From positions 36,441,703 through 36,505,702 of the forward strand of contig CP154954.1 of assembly GCA_039621445.1 (NCBI GenBank): a DNA stretch of 64,000 nucleotides, in the 5' to 3' direction. The notes beneath the pieces are model-generated. The model was given only the letters and a program-made list of their open reading frames with translations. It made no database searches and was not told the origin of the DNA. This DNA comes from Euglena gracilis (taxonomy: Eukaryota). Of this stretch, positions 9,371-21,633 are shown piece after piece (positions within the stretch are counted from its first letter, which is position 1; each line of letters begins with the position of its first letter). The position numbers were made by a program, and so were the translations under genes.

Positions 9371-12300
9371 AGCACAACCTGCAGGAGGACACAAAGAATG
9401 TTTCCCGCAGGCTGCTGAAAATCAAAGGCTACTGCTGAGACCGTCCCATCACAATGATGAACAGCAGTATAGTATGTAAGCAACATACCACAATTTGGGA
9501 CAGCAGCCAGAACCGACAAAGATCGGAAATGCATATGACGCACAAAAAACCGGTCTGAGAATACTTCCTCAGCTCCTCCAGTCCCCCCATCGCCGGCCCA
9601 TCGCCCTTGCTCTATGTACTTTGCACTTTGCGGTCCACTGGCCACCCAGGACCTCTTCCAGCCATGACCAACAACATCGGGAAAACAAGGCTTGGGACAC
9701 AAAGAGCTCTGTCACAACAAACAGCTTGCACTTGCATTGCACACGATTCTCATCGTATCCCAGAAACGATGAGTCAAAAAAGCCTGGTCTGAAAACACTT
9801 CATCTTCACGCAACAAGACAAAACAGGATTTGGCCCACCATGCTGGCCCATCCTGGCACCATGTAATCTGAGGCACCACCAATCACCGGCGTTAGTTATG
9901 ACCACAAAGATCGAAAATATGGCACATGAGACACAAAAAAGATCGACAACGGCCCTCTTACCCTGTGACACGGCTTTGTACATTACGCATATATATTGAA
10001 CCCGTAACTCCACGTGGTGGCATTGGAGATGAAGACAGAATCTTTTTGGGGACCTGCATCCGAGCCATCCTGGGGCAGAAGGAGCCCTGGGAAAGAAGAT
10101 CCTGCGAAGCAGAGTGCTGGCAAGGACTAAGCATTGTGTTGGCCCGAGAAGTGGGTCGACAAATGTCGTGGGCTCAATGCCTGGGATCTGAAGATATGCA
10201 AAGTCCTGTTCTGGCGCATCAACCTTATAATCTGGACTAAAGCACAACCTGCAGGAGGACACAAAGAATGTTTCCCGCAGGCTGCTGAAAATCAAAGGCT
10301 ACTGCTGAGACCGTCCCATCACAATGATGAACAGCAGTATAGTATGTAAGCAACATACCACAATTTGGGACAGCAGCCAGAACCGACAAAGATCGGAAAT
10401 CCAGCATATGACGCACAAAAAACCGGTCTGAGAATACTTCCTCAGCTCCTCCAGTCCCCCCATCGCCGGCCCATCACCCTTGCTCTATGTACTTTGCACT
10501 TTGCGGTCCACTGGCCACCCAGGACCTCTTCCAGCCATGACCAACAACATTGGGAAAACAAGGCTTGGGACACAAAGAGATCTGTCACAACAAACAGCTT
10601 GCATTTGCATTGCACACGATTCTCATCGTATCCCAGAAACGATGAGTCACAAAAGCCTGGTCTGAAAACACTTCATCTTCACGCAAGAAGACAAAACAGG
10701 ATTTGGAGCACCATGCTGGCCCATCCTGGCACCATGAAATTTGAGGCACCACCAATCACCCGCGTTAGTTATGACCACAAAGATCGGAAATATGGCACAT
10801 GAGACACAAAAAAGATCGACAACGGCCCTCTTACCCTGTGACACGGCTTTGTACATTACGCATATATATTGAACCCGTAACTCCACGTGGTGGCATTGGA
10901 GATGAAGGCAGAATCTTTTTGGGGACCTGCATCCGAGCCATCCTGGGGCAGAAGGAGCCCTGGGAAAGAAGATCCTGCGAAGCAGAGTAGGACTAAGCAT
11001 TGTGTTTGAATGTCCGAGGTCCCCTTACAACGGACCTGACTTCTGGAGCCCCTTCCTTTACTTGACATCCCTTTCACTGAAATCTCTTTCCCAAAATCCC
11101 ACTTCCAGCAGCAATGACCAAACTTGAAATAAACTTGCGCCGCAGACAAAATCAAACAAATACAATCTCAGGAAAGTAATCCCAGACAACAGAGTGAACA
11201 GTGTATGTTGACAGCCACCTACAGACAGCACCATCATTTTTTCTGTGAATTAGGATCTGCCTGTTTGAATTAGGCTTCACCCTGTGATTTCATGGTGACC
11301 ATAAAAATGGACCTGGACCACTCCCACCCCCCTGCTCAAGAGATTGCCCTCGGCAATCTGACCTGACTCCAATTTGGGCCAGGTGCATCGAAATTTTTGG
11401 GGGAGCCAGGCAAAAAAGTGGTCCATTTGAAATTGCAATGGTACTGTCCTGGGTGATTGCCTTCACACCTGCCACCGACACACTACACAGCACACAGGGG
11501 TGACACGATCTGAGTGACTATGTTACAGCCAATGAATGATTAGCAGCCAAATTGCAGCACACTTCTGCGGCATCAGGCCACATCGGATAAATTCTTTCGC
11601 AGCCGATCCACAGGTGTACACACAGTACCGCGGCGTCAGGCCACAGTCAAAGACAAATACCCAGCAGCCGACCACAATCAAAGTTGCAGCAAATTGTAAT
11701 TACCAATCACAATCACTTTGCAATGTCCAATCTGGTCCCCAATTTTGTCCATCAATCTTCAAACCTTCAAATCTTTTTTGGTGGTCGAGCCATCTCCGCT
11801 GTAGCCGTCTGGCCCTTGTCCGCCTTTTGCAAAATGTTTGGCAAGCCACGGATTCCAGTCTCAGAGAATCTGTCTGGCAGGCAACTGAACGACATCTCAC
11901 CAAATCTGGCTGTACATCTCGATGGCGTCCCCTGTTCGAACTGGACTGGGACACTGTCCTGATACACTGTTCATGAATGTCCGAGGTCCCCTTACCACGG
12001 ACCTGACTTCTGGAGCCCCTTCCTTTACTTGACATCCCTTTCACTGAAATCTCTTTCCCAAAATCCCACTTCCAGCAGCAATGACCAAACTTGAAATAAA
12101 CTTGCGCCGCAGACAAAATCAAACAAATCGAATCTCAGGAAAGTAATCCCAGACAACAGAGTGAACAGTGTACGTTGACAGCTACCTACAGACAGCGCCA
12201 TCATTTTTTCTGTGAATCACGATCTGCCTGTTTGAATTAGGCTTCAGCCTGTGATTACATGGTGACCATAAAAATGCACCTGGACCACTCACATGTTGGC

Positions 12301-13028
12301 CCGAGAAGTGTGTCGACAACTGTCGTGGGCTCAATGCCTGGGATCTGAAGATATGCAAAGTCCTGTTCTGGCGCATCAACCTTATAATCTGGACTAAAGC
12401 ACAACCTGCAGGAGGACACAAAGAATGTTTCCCGCAGGCTGCTGAAAATCAAAGGCTACTGCTGAGACCGTCCCATCACAATGATGAACAGCAGTATAGT
12501 ATGTAAGCAACATACCACAATTTGGGACAGCAGCCAGAACCGACAAAGATCGGAAATCCAGCATATGACGCACAAAAAACCGGTCTGAGAATACTTCCTC
12601 AGCTCCTCCAGTCCCCCCATCGCCGGCCCATCACCCTTGCTCTATGTACTTTGCACTTTGCGGTCCACTGGCCACCCAGGACCTCTTCCAGCCATGACCA
12701 ACAACATCGGGAAAACAAGGCTTGGGACACAAAGAGCTCTGTCACAACAAACAGCTTGCATTTGCATTGCACAGGATTCTCATCGTATCCCAGAAACGAT
12801 GAGTCACAAAAGCCTGGTCTGAAAACACTTCATCTTCACGCAAGAAGACAAAACAGGATTTGGCCCACCATGCTGGCTCATCCTGGCACCATGTAATTTG
12901 AGGCACCACCAATCACCCGCGTTAGTTATGACCGACAAAGATCGAAAATATGACACATGAGGCACAAAAAAGATCGACAACGGCCCTCTTACCCGGGAAG
13001 CCGGTGACACCGCTATGTACATTACGCA

Positions 13029-13036
<8 letters not shown>
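9145..13036 (+). repeat. Three tandem ~870-bp copies of the retrotransposon 3' end
   Basis: Units start at 9145, 10015 and 10888 (TGGTGGCATTGG). The third unit is interrupted by the 11007-12293 insertion. Confidence 0.9.
11007..12293 (-). mobile_element. Non-autonomous miniature LTR retrotransposon (TRIM-like)
   Basis: 320-bp direct repeats 11007-11326 and 11974-12293 with TG...CA ends; TSD TGTT (11003-11006, 12294-12297); minus-strand purine tract at 11327-11337; no convincing ORF. Confidence 0.9.
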
Positions 13037-13350
<314 letters not shown>

Positions 13351-13442
13351 CCCTTCATTGCCCAAGAGCTAGAGTGTCTAAAAAAATACTAAATTACAAT
13401 TAAAAAAAAATTAAATTAATTATCATAACCGCCTGCGGACCT

Positions 13443-13498
13443 TCAAATCCAGTAGGCTGTGCCACTGGTCGGTGGATTCGGTTCGCCCCACCACCGTT
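13443..13498. other. Conserved twin-hairpin motif, copy 2
   Basis: Near-identical to 3476-3531. Confidence 0.6.
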
Positions 13499-13534
13499 CT
13501 CGCTTTCTGGTCCTCTTAATTCTAGCAAAAAAAA

Positions 13535-14260
13535 GGCCTGAAAACGCCCCCTCAACACCACCACTGGCCTGAAAAGGCCCTGGGCCTGAAAAGGCCCCAT
13601 CTGCTACAGGGCCTGACAAGGCCCGTCCAGCCAGTGGGCCTGAAAAGCCCCCCCCCCGCCTTTGGGCCTTCAAAGGCACCTCCATTTGGGCCTGCAAAGG
13701 CCCCTCATCTTGGGCTTCCAAAGGCCCCCCCTTTGGGCCTGCAAAGGCCCCACCATTAAGTGCTACTTTCAGCTCCAAGGTCTTCTTTTCTGTGTTCTGC
13801 ATTGCATCCCAAACCTTTGATCAATTGAAGTGGCAAACCCCCAGTTTTCACAGCACATGTTACACCAAAAGCTGTGACACATTTTGCAGCAGTTTTGACT
13901 TGACATTGAAAAACATTTTGCCACCCCAACCCCTCAATGACACTTTTTGCAGCAGTTTGACTTGAAATTGAAAAACATTTTGCCACCTCAACCCCTCAGT
14001 GACACCGTTTCACCCCAGTGTCCTGCAAAGTCACTGGGCCTGCAAAGGCCCCCCTGTGAAACCATTTCGATCTGTTGCACCATTTTGCCCCAGTGGCCTA
14101 AAGGCCATGGGCCTGCAAAGGCCCCCTTCCAACACCATTTTGCTCCAGTGGCCTGCAAAGACCCTGGGCCTGCAAAGGCCCCCCTGTGACACCTTTTGGT
14201 CCTGTTGCAGCATTTTGTCCCAGTGGCCTGCAAAGGCCATGGGCCTTCAAAGGCCCCCCC
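13535..14260. repeat. Cluster of ~16 short palindromes GGGCCT-N4-AGGCCC
   Basis: GGGCCTGCAAAGGCCC and variants recur at irregular spacing in two groups. Confidence 0.8.
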
Positions 14261-14289
14261 TGCCACCATTTTTGCTCTCAGCTTGAAAA

Positions 14290-16690
14290 GCCCCCGACGA
14301 ACTGGCGAGCCACGTTCCTCCACATTTTGGCCTGCAACAGTGGCCACCCAGCCAGACAGCACATCCACTTTTTGGTCTGCAACAGTGGCCCCGCAGCCAG
14401 CCAGTTCTGCCAGATGCTGCTGGCCTTCAACCTTCCCTCAGCAATATGAATTTGACAACCCCCAGGTTACCTCTCCGCTGACCGGAAAAGACCACCCAAC
14501 GTCGGCCAAACAAAGAAAAGTGCTTGTGCCTTACACTCCTGCGAAATACAGGACACAGCCTACACTGGCAGCATCGGGGGGAGCGGGCCGAGGTCGGTCT
14601 TTACTCAGCTGCGGGGACATTGAAAGTAACCCCGGACCTCCTACAGACCCACCATTTGTTCCGTGTGAGGATATTGACATGGCGCCAGCATCACAAATCT
14701 CCATCCCTCCTGCTGCACCACCGCCCGCAGAGCCCCCGTCGGTGGCGGGTGAGGACGTTGACATGGCGCCAGCATCACAAATTTCCATCCCGAGGGCCGG
14801 CTTCGATCGGTACCATCTTCTGGACGCGCGGCTTCGAGTCCCGATGAGCTAAACTCCGATCCGGGGGTGCACGGGACTTGAACCAGCCATGGCATACGGC
14901 GCTGCCAGGCGGGGTAAGGAATGGCTGCCATATGGCGGGAAGTTCCGATGGCGCCGAGGTAGAAATCAGCAACCAGAGGCTCGACCCTGGCGTGCCTGAT
15001 GGGTAAGGGCCGGCGAACCATAGATTCAACGGCGTTTGCCCACCTGACGTGTCACGATTAAACCATTGCGGCTTCGGCCGAGCAGTGACACCAAAGACAA
15101 GCAACCCCTATCAAGCACGCCATCGCCAAGCATCAGGAGCTGAGGCAAGGGATGGAGGACTCCGAGTGCCTCGAACCCTAGGGCTAATGCCCCCTGGCGG
15201 AGTGTAGCTCCACATCCGAGAAAGTGAAACGCTTGGGTCCAGCAAGTTTTTAAAAAAAAGTCGGCCCACCACCGTTGGAGGAGATTTGAGAGCAAAAAAG
15301 GGCATTTGTCATGGATTGCTACGGGGGCATGCGACAGGAAGCGCGCTCCTTGATGGCCACCCTCCTCAAGGCCCTTTTGGGGCAGCGGGAAGGGTGACAT
15401 CGGCCGCGGAAGCAGGCATTTGGCAAGGCCTTCCTTCACACTAATGAGAGAAATCAGCAGATAGCTCGTTCGGAGCTTGTATTCTTCCAAATATGAGATC
15501 ACCCTGTCTTCCGCCCACTCACCATATTCTGTCTGAAGGCCTTTGAGCTCTCAACAAAAATCACCAACATTGACCTCTCACCTGCCGTTTACACCCCAAG
15601 TTCAGATTACAAAATGAGCAAAGAAGGCACAACTCAGTAACCCCTAGTAACCCCTTGAGCAGAGCCACACGCCGAGCCAAAGACATATCAACGGATCACA
15701 AAGACGCGGAGAGAAGCAAAACACACAACAGCCAAAAACCCGACACAAACACGCCATCCCGTTTCAAAAGAGGTACAAACGCCCCCTCCCCGCCCAATAT
15801 ATATTGAAGGTGACCTTTGCTCATCTTCCTCTAACCACTAACCTCCGCACCCTGAACAAGCATCACTCAGCACTCTTTTGTACATTACACCCAGAGTATA
15901 AACAACCCGCGACGTGTGGCGGCACAGGGAGTAACAAGGGGGTTCCTCTTGTGGCGAGGGCCAAAAGAGACGTTTCCCTGGCCCGGGGCACGATTTGGGT
16001 GAAGCTGTGCTACCTACCGTGTGCTTCTGCAAAAAAGGCGAGGGCGAAAAGAGACGTTTACGTGGGCCCGGGGGACGGTTTGGGTGAAGCTGTGCTACCC
16101 ACCGTGTGTTCGTTATCACTAAAAAAAAGAGCCCATGTTCTCACGGCATTGGTGGAGGAAGGCGCACTGTCCAAGGCCGCTAAGCTGTTGGTGTCAAATG
16201 GGCTTGTCAACTCGCAGGAACCAGGTGTGGAAGCCGTACTGAGGGACCTCCATCCCCAGCACAGCCACACTTGGTCCCGGCAGGGGATTGGCCCACCTCG
16301 ATTGCCTGCCGCCTGGTGGACGAGGGCATGGACGAAGAGGAGAGCAACGAGCAGTGGTCCAAGCGGGCGGACCATCTGGGCTGCGTCCAATCCACCTCAG
16401 TGAAAGTTGCCGAAAGCTGGGGGGGGCCTGGTCCAAGCCCTCGGCAAGCTTGCTGCGACGGCCCTGACCACATCATTCCCGGAGAGCGTGCGAGAAGTGC
16501 TATGCGCCTCCACGCTCATCCCGCTCCGCAAGAAGGATGGGGGGTGTGCGGCTCATTGCTGTCGGGGACACCCTCCGGCGAGTGGCGGGCAAGTGCCTTC
16601 CCCATTCTGAAGCGGTGACGATAGAGTTGGCAGCCCCACAACCGCGGCAGTGCGGGGTGGGAGTGCGCAACGCCGCCGAGATGGTGGGCA
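14290..16690 (+). pseudogene. 5' part of a second decayed CRE-like non-LTR retrotransposon, with a T2A-like peptide
   Basis: GRGRSLLSCGDIESNPGP (core 14616-14639); LVEEGALSKAAKLLVSNG is homologous to LVERGATAKARQAMLSDG of element 1; ASTLIPLRKKDGG and IAVGDTLRR. The 5' boundary is approximate and 15060-15940 may be unrelated DNA. Confidence 0.7.
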
Positions 16691-17809
16691 TGACGACCTT
16701 TTGAGGTCGACCGCCGGGCGGCGGAGTTTTTCCCTTTTAGAAGGCCTTTTGAGGGCGGTTTTGCTCTAATTTTAAGGCTTTCTAAAGATTTTTATTAAAA
16801 TTCCCTCTCCTAGGGCGCCCATGGTTTGGTTGTGCAAGGAGAGAGATTGAGTGATGCTAGGTAATCCCAAGGGGTGATTTTGGGTTTATTTAGCACAATT
16901 TAAGCTTTTTATGCATTTTTCCTTTGGTTTTAAGGGAAAATGTTGGATTTGGTGAGAGCGCTTGCAAGCGCTTGGATCAGATTTTTCTGAGATTGGCGCC
17001 TGAGTTCCTGGAGTTTTTGCAGGGGTTTGCAAAGCTCAATAATGATGGAATTCAGCATGATTTATCAAAATCAAGGGGGGAAACCTTGATTTTGACATGG
17101 GTTGGTTGATTTTGATGCAATGGGCAAGGATTTGGGATTTGAGAGCGCTTAGGAATCAGCGCACTCAATCCTAAATTTAACTGCCCATCAAGGGCATCAA
17201 AATCACATTCCTCTTCACAGGGTTTTCCTCTATTTTCCTCTTCACTTGTTTCACCATTGCATTTGTTGTGTCAATTACAACCAATTACATTCAATCATTG
17301 AACTTGGATTTACAATTGGAATTGCAAATGGAAGGACAACAAATCAATCAAGAAAGCTCAATTGAAGAAGGTGAGGTTTGTCTTCCCCCCACCTCATCTG
17401 TGGGAAAAGGGGCAGGGGGGTGGGTCTCTTCAACTCAGGCAACCACAGGCCAAATTTCACCCCAAAACCCCCTTTTTGGCCCAGAAACGGTGAGAAATGA
17501 CACCCAGGGGGGGGTGTTGGCTCTCACTGGTTCAGCTGAGCAGGGAGGGGTTGAAACCCCAAAGGCACCCCCCTTGGAGATCCCAGTGACACCCCCGTCA
17601 GGGGTCGGGGAGGGTCCACTGGGAAGTTCCTCCTTGGAAATGATGGCCCAGTTTCGGCCACAGGGGGGGGGGCCAGAATGGGAAAAAATTTCCGACACAA
17701 GTCGGCTCGAGGAGCCAAAAAACGATCCTACGCCGGAAACTGGCCCGGGGCGGGGGTTTCCGCTTCACCCCAGTGCTGCCGGGGGACATGGCAGCACGGG
17801 GGTGAAACA
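16691..17809 (+). repeat. 5' LTR (1119 bp)
   Basis: TG...CA ends; direct repeat of 28791-29906; strong hairpin at 17764-17806. Confidence 0.95.
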
Positions 17810-20800
17810 TGGTAAGCAGAGGTTGATCCTTCAGCCTTCAGTCGGAAATTTTGGGTTGGAAATCCCTGCTCAGAATGTTTTCTTTGATGATCAGCCAATG
17901 GCCCAATCTCAGATGGCAAATCTGACGATTGGAGTTTCGGGGAACAGGGATTTGGGACCCGAAACCAGTTTGGCTGGACTCAGAACCCCCACAAATATGG
18001 GACAGATGTTGGAATTTCAGGGTGGGGATGGCCAGGTTGTCATTTCCAACCAACCGTGTTTTCCAGAGCCTTTTTCAGGGGTTTTGCCTTTGCAAAATAT
18101 GGGGTACGGTTTTGTGCTGCCTGAGTTGCAACCTCTCCCAGACTTTTCATGGGTGCAAAATTTAGGGAATCTGCCATCATTACCCGCTTTTGCATTGCCT
18201 TTGCCTCCAGCTCAACCAGTTTCTTCAACACCAGCCCAAGAGCCGGTGGCACTTTTGCAGTTTTCCCAACCATCCCAGGTAGATGGGCTGGCGAAGGAAA
18301 CGGCAAGTGCCTCGGCATGGCAGGGGGTGATAACCCCAGCCCAGTTTTCTTTGAAAAGCAAGCACAGGTCAATGTGCTGGGCTTAAACAATAATAATAAC
18401 TGGGACAGCAGCGAACGGGTCAGAGCAGAAGTCGAGCAGGCAGAGGAAAACCCGAAGGACCAGCCCAGCTCTACTTCTGCTCGACGACCCCGAACACCGG
18501 CTTCATCACCAGGCAGTGATGAAGTTCAGCAAAAACGGCTGCACCGTGAGGTTGATCACGGTCAGCCAGCAGCTGCTGCAGCCCCCCAGCCTCCTCATAT
18601 TTTCATCGAGGGGGGTGAGGAGGAGGTCCAACCCCCAGCCTATGAAAGTTCTGAAGCCACCCCCAGGGGGGGTTCACAAAATCAGGAATTTGAAGACCCC
18701 TGGGGGCAGTTTTTACAAAGTAACAGAGACCTCCAGTGGACTGTGCAGCACCTGACTTTTCGGGTTTTGGCTTTGGAAAAAGCCAACGAAGAGTGGGTTC
18801 TGCAGCAGCAGCAGCAACAACCCCCCGCAGTCGACATCCACCTGGTGGAGCACATGGCTGCACGAATCGAAGAAACGGCCAGGGCTGACTGCCTCCATAT
18901 TTTTGAACTTTTTGAGAAAAAATGTGAGGCCCAGGTGCAAATTTCTGTGCAAAAAATTGACGCACAGGCACTTGAACTTTTTGTCGGGCAGGAAAAAAGT
19001 TTTGAGGAAAAACTGGCCCAGCAGTTTTCTTCGAGCCGTGATCAGTTTTTGGCCCTGAGGCAGGAATTTTTACGAATTTTGGACAGCCTGCCACAGGAAA
19101 TTTTTAAGCAGGTGCAAAATCAGGTGGCTGCCTTACCAATTAAGGATCTCGTGCTTGAAAATTTTCAGCGGTTTGCTGAGAATTTTAAAGCCGCCCAGCC
19201 AGCTCAGGGGGGGGAGGCAGAAACTCTCCAGGAGCTGGCCGTTGTCGCTGCCAAAATCGTTGAAGTTCAGGCTGACCTGGTATCGCTGCGTAGTACGGTA
19301 CAGGGCCAGGCTCAGCAGCTCCAGCAGTTCGCTGATTATGTTCGCCAGCTGGGTGAGCAAAATTCAGCAATGAATACGGCCCTCCATAGTTTTGGTGGTG
19401 GTATTCAGAAACTGCACCAGAATATTTCAGATGAAGTAGGGAAACGACACTCAGAAATGCAAAAACTGTTGACGGATTGTCAGCAGAATTTTCAGAGTGT
19501 TCATCAGCAGATTTTTTCCCAGGAGAAAAAATTTGGTGGGCTGGTGGAGGAATTAAGGCAGGGACTTGCAAAAGTTGGGGGGAACACTTTCGAGTTGCAG
19601 AAAGTGTTGCAGGATTTACAAAAAAATGGACCCGTACACCCAACTGCAGAACCGAGAGGAGTTTTGCAAAAAAATTCTGACATGTGGTGGCTGCGGCAGG
19701 GCAGCCAGCAACCCCTGCACCCAGTTGGGCTGCCACAGCCTGGGCAGCAGCTGGCCCAGCAGCCTGTCATCCAGCTGGCCCAGCAGCCTGGCCAGCCAGC
19801 AGGCCAGCCGCAGCCTGCTCACGGGCTGCCAAGGGGGCTGGGCCTGCCGTCAGCTGGACAGCAGCAGCCCCTGGGGCAGCCTTCCAGCTCACTGGCCAGC
19901 ACGGTGCCCAGTGCTGACCCAGCTTTTTCAGATCAGATTATTTCTCAAAATAAATCTGCAGGTTCAAACATTTCCCCTCCCTTAGTTATTGAGGGGGGAT
20001 TTGTTTTGGAGGACACGCAAGACACGGCAGTGGTTTCTTCTGTGTCATTGTGTGTCCCTCCACACGTTTCTGCAGCCCCTGCTTTCTCGATTAGGCCTAT
20101 CGGGACAGGGGGGGCTGCAGCCAACCCAGGACACGGGTTGGGTTTTCCTTTTATCGGTGACCCAGTAGCTTTTGAAATTTTGCAGGGAGGTGCTAAGCCC
20201 TATTTTGATGAATCGGGCAGCATTTCCTGGCAAGATTTTGAAGTAGATTGGAATCTTTACTGGGACAGGTTGACATCAGGGAAACCGTATTCTGATTTGC
20301 AAAAGCTGCAGGTTTTTGAGGCATGTTTAGGACCCAGATTAAGGGAGGAAATCAGGCTCTATCGGTTGAATGGAGCTAAATTAAGTTACCCCACCATATT
20401 AGCCCAATTCCAGAACCGTTATGCCTCGAGTAAGGGGCTGACGGCTCGGAAAATATGGCAGGAGGTAACTATGGTAAACGAAGGAAAAATTACCCGGGCT
20501 GATCTGCAAGAATTTTGGATTAAATTTTGCAGTGCCTGGCACCATGTAAAGGATGCCACAGCCGGGGAGGCTCGGAGATTATTTTTGGAAAGAATTCCTC
20601 CTTTTTTAAGCAAGTTTTGCATAGAAGAGGAGGATAACCGAGCCCGTAAACAACCCATTGTCAGGCTCACAGGGATACCAAATCCCACGGTGGATGGGAT
20701 TAAAAGGAGTGTGAGCCAGATCACTGGGGGGATTGATCCACGGAAAGTGGTTATCAAAAACCCTGGTGCCATTTGCCTTATTTATTTCAGTTCTTCGGAG

Positions 20801-21520
20801 GAGGCACTGAAATTAACAGCCGTAAATGGAAGGAAATTGCAGGGAATGGAAAATTTCCTCAACGCCGAATTGGTGGAACAACTAATGACCGTTGAGGAAA
20901 TGTTTGCTTTTGCCGAGGGCAGGTTGGCTCTTCGGGAGAAGCAGGATTTGGCTTTGAATCAGCACCATTTTCCCAGATTATTCAGCAAATCAACAACAAA
21001 AGGCTCAGGGAAAATACAGGTGTTGGAAAAAGGCCAAACCCCCCCGGTGTCCCCAACCTCTGTGTCAACACCAGCGGCTGGGGGGCAGGGTCACACCTCA
21101 AAATCTGCCCCACAGCCAGCTCCAAAGGGAGATAAGGGGCCAGCCCAGCCAGCCCAGCGGGGCAGGTCCCCTTCTTCGTCTTCGCGGCCAGGTGCAGCTT
21201 CATGGTCGCGAACCCAAAGTCCAGCACCCCCAGCCCGGCAAGGCAAGGGGGGGCAGACCTGGACCCCGCAGGCATCGGGTAGGGGCAGGTCCCCATATCC
21301 ATGCTTCAACTGTGGGGAGTGCGGGCATTATTTTTATGAGTGTGAAAAACCGCTGAGTGAGGCCCTTGCTAAATCTAAGGATTTTTGGCAAAATAATGGA
21401 AAAGGCAAGGGGCAGCCCAAGGGTAAAGGGCAGCCAGCCACTCAGCGAAATTCCTCAGGCAAGGGGGGTGCATGGTCAAAGGGGGGTGGGCCCACCTCTT
21501 CTCCCCCTGGGGCCCAATAG
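17328..21520 (+). CDS. gag: Very long Gag-like protein (frameshift near 18350): P/G-rich N-terminus, coiled coil, capsid-like region, RRM-like insert, CCHC knuckle
   Basis: ORFs 17268-18386 and 18149-21520; CFNCGECGHYFYEC (21302-21343); TAG stop at 21518-21520. Confidence 0.75.
17810..17825 (+). promoter_or_regulatory. Primer-binding site, tRNA-iMet-like
   Basis: TGGTAAGCAGAGG directly follows the LTR and resembles the iMet-type PBS TGGTAGCAGAGG with one extra A. Confidence 0.7.
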
Positions 21521-21633
21521 GGGGGCCAGGGGCAGTTTGAGAAGGGGGGGCTGCCCATGGCCGTGTCTCTCCCCCCTGTGAGGAAAACGGTGTAAATATT
21601 TCTGATTCAAAAAACTGGGTTGTACAGGATTTT

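Larger units (their letters stand above)
3889..10014 (+). mobile_element. Decayed CRE/SLACS-like non-LTR retrotransposon (N-terminal region - 2A peptides - RT - CCHC - RLE)
   Basis: Colinear frameshifted ORFs 5648-7090, 7087-8181, 8144-8731 and 8716-9370. Including 3889-5650 in the element is an inference from the contiguous coding-like sequence. Confidence 0.75.

Noticed and set aside
13372-13380. GAGTGTCTA as a second SL fragment or TSD of an SL-targeted insertion
   Set aside because: Only 9 bp, followed by As rather than Ts; compatible with chance.
13430-13503. tRNA-Sec-like gene (GGACCTTCAAATCC resembles a UCA anticodon arm)
   Set aside because: No acceptor-stem 5' half or D arm, no proper T loop, and the other copy of the motif lacks this part.
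13535-14260. CRISPR array
   Set aside because: Repeats are short and degenerate, and the spacers are irregular and similar to each other.
15026-15502. Minus-strand 158-aa protein
   Set aside because: No recognisable motif, and it lies in decayed repeat context.
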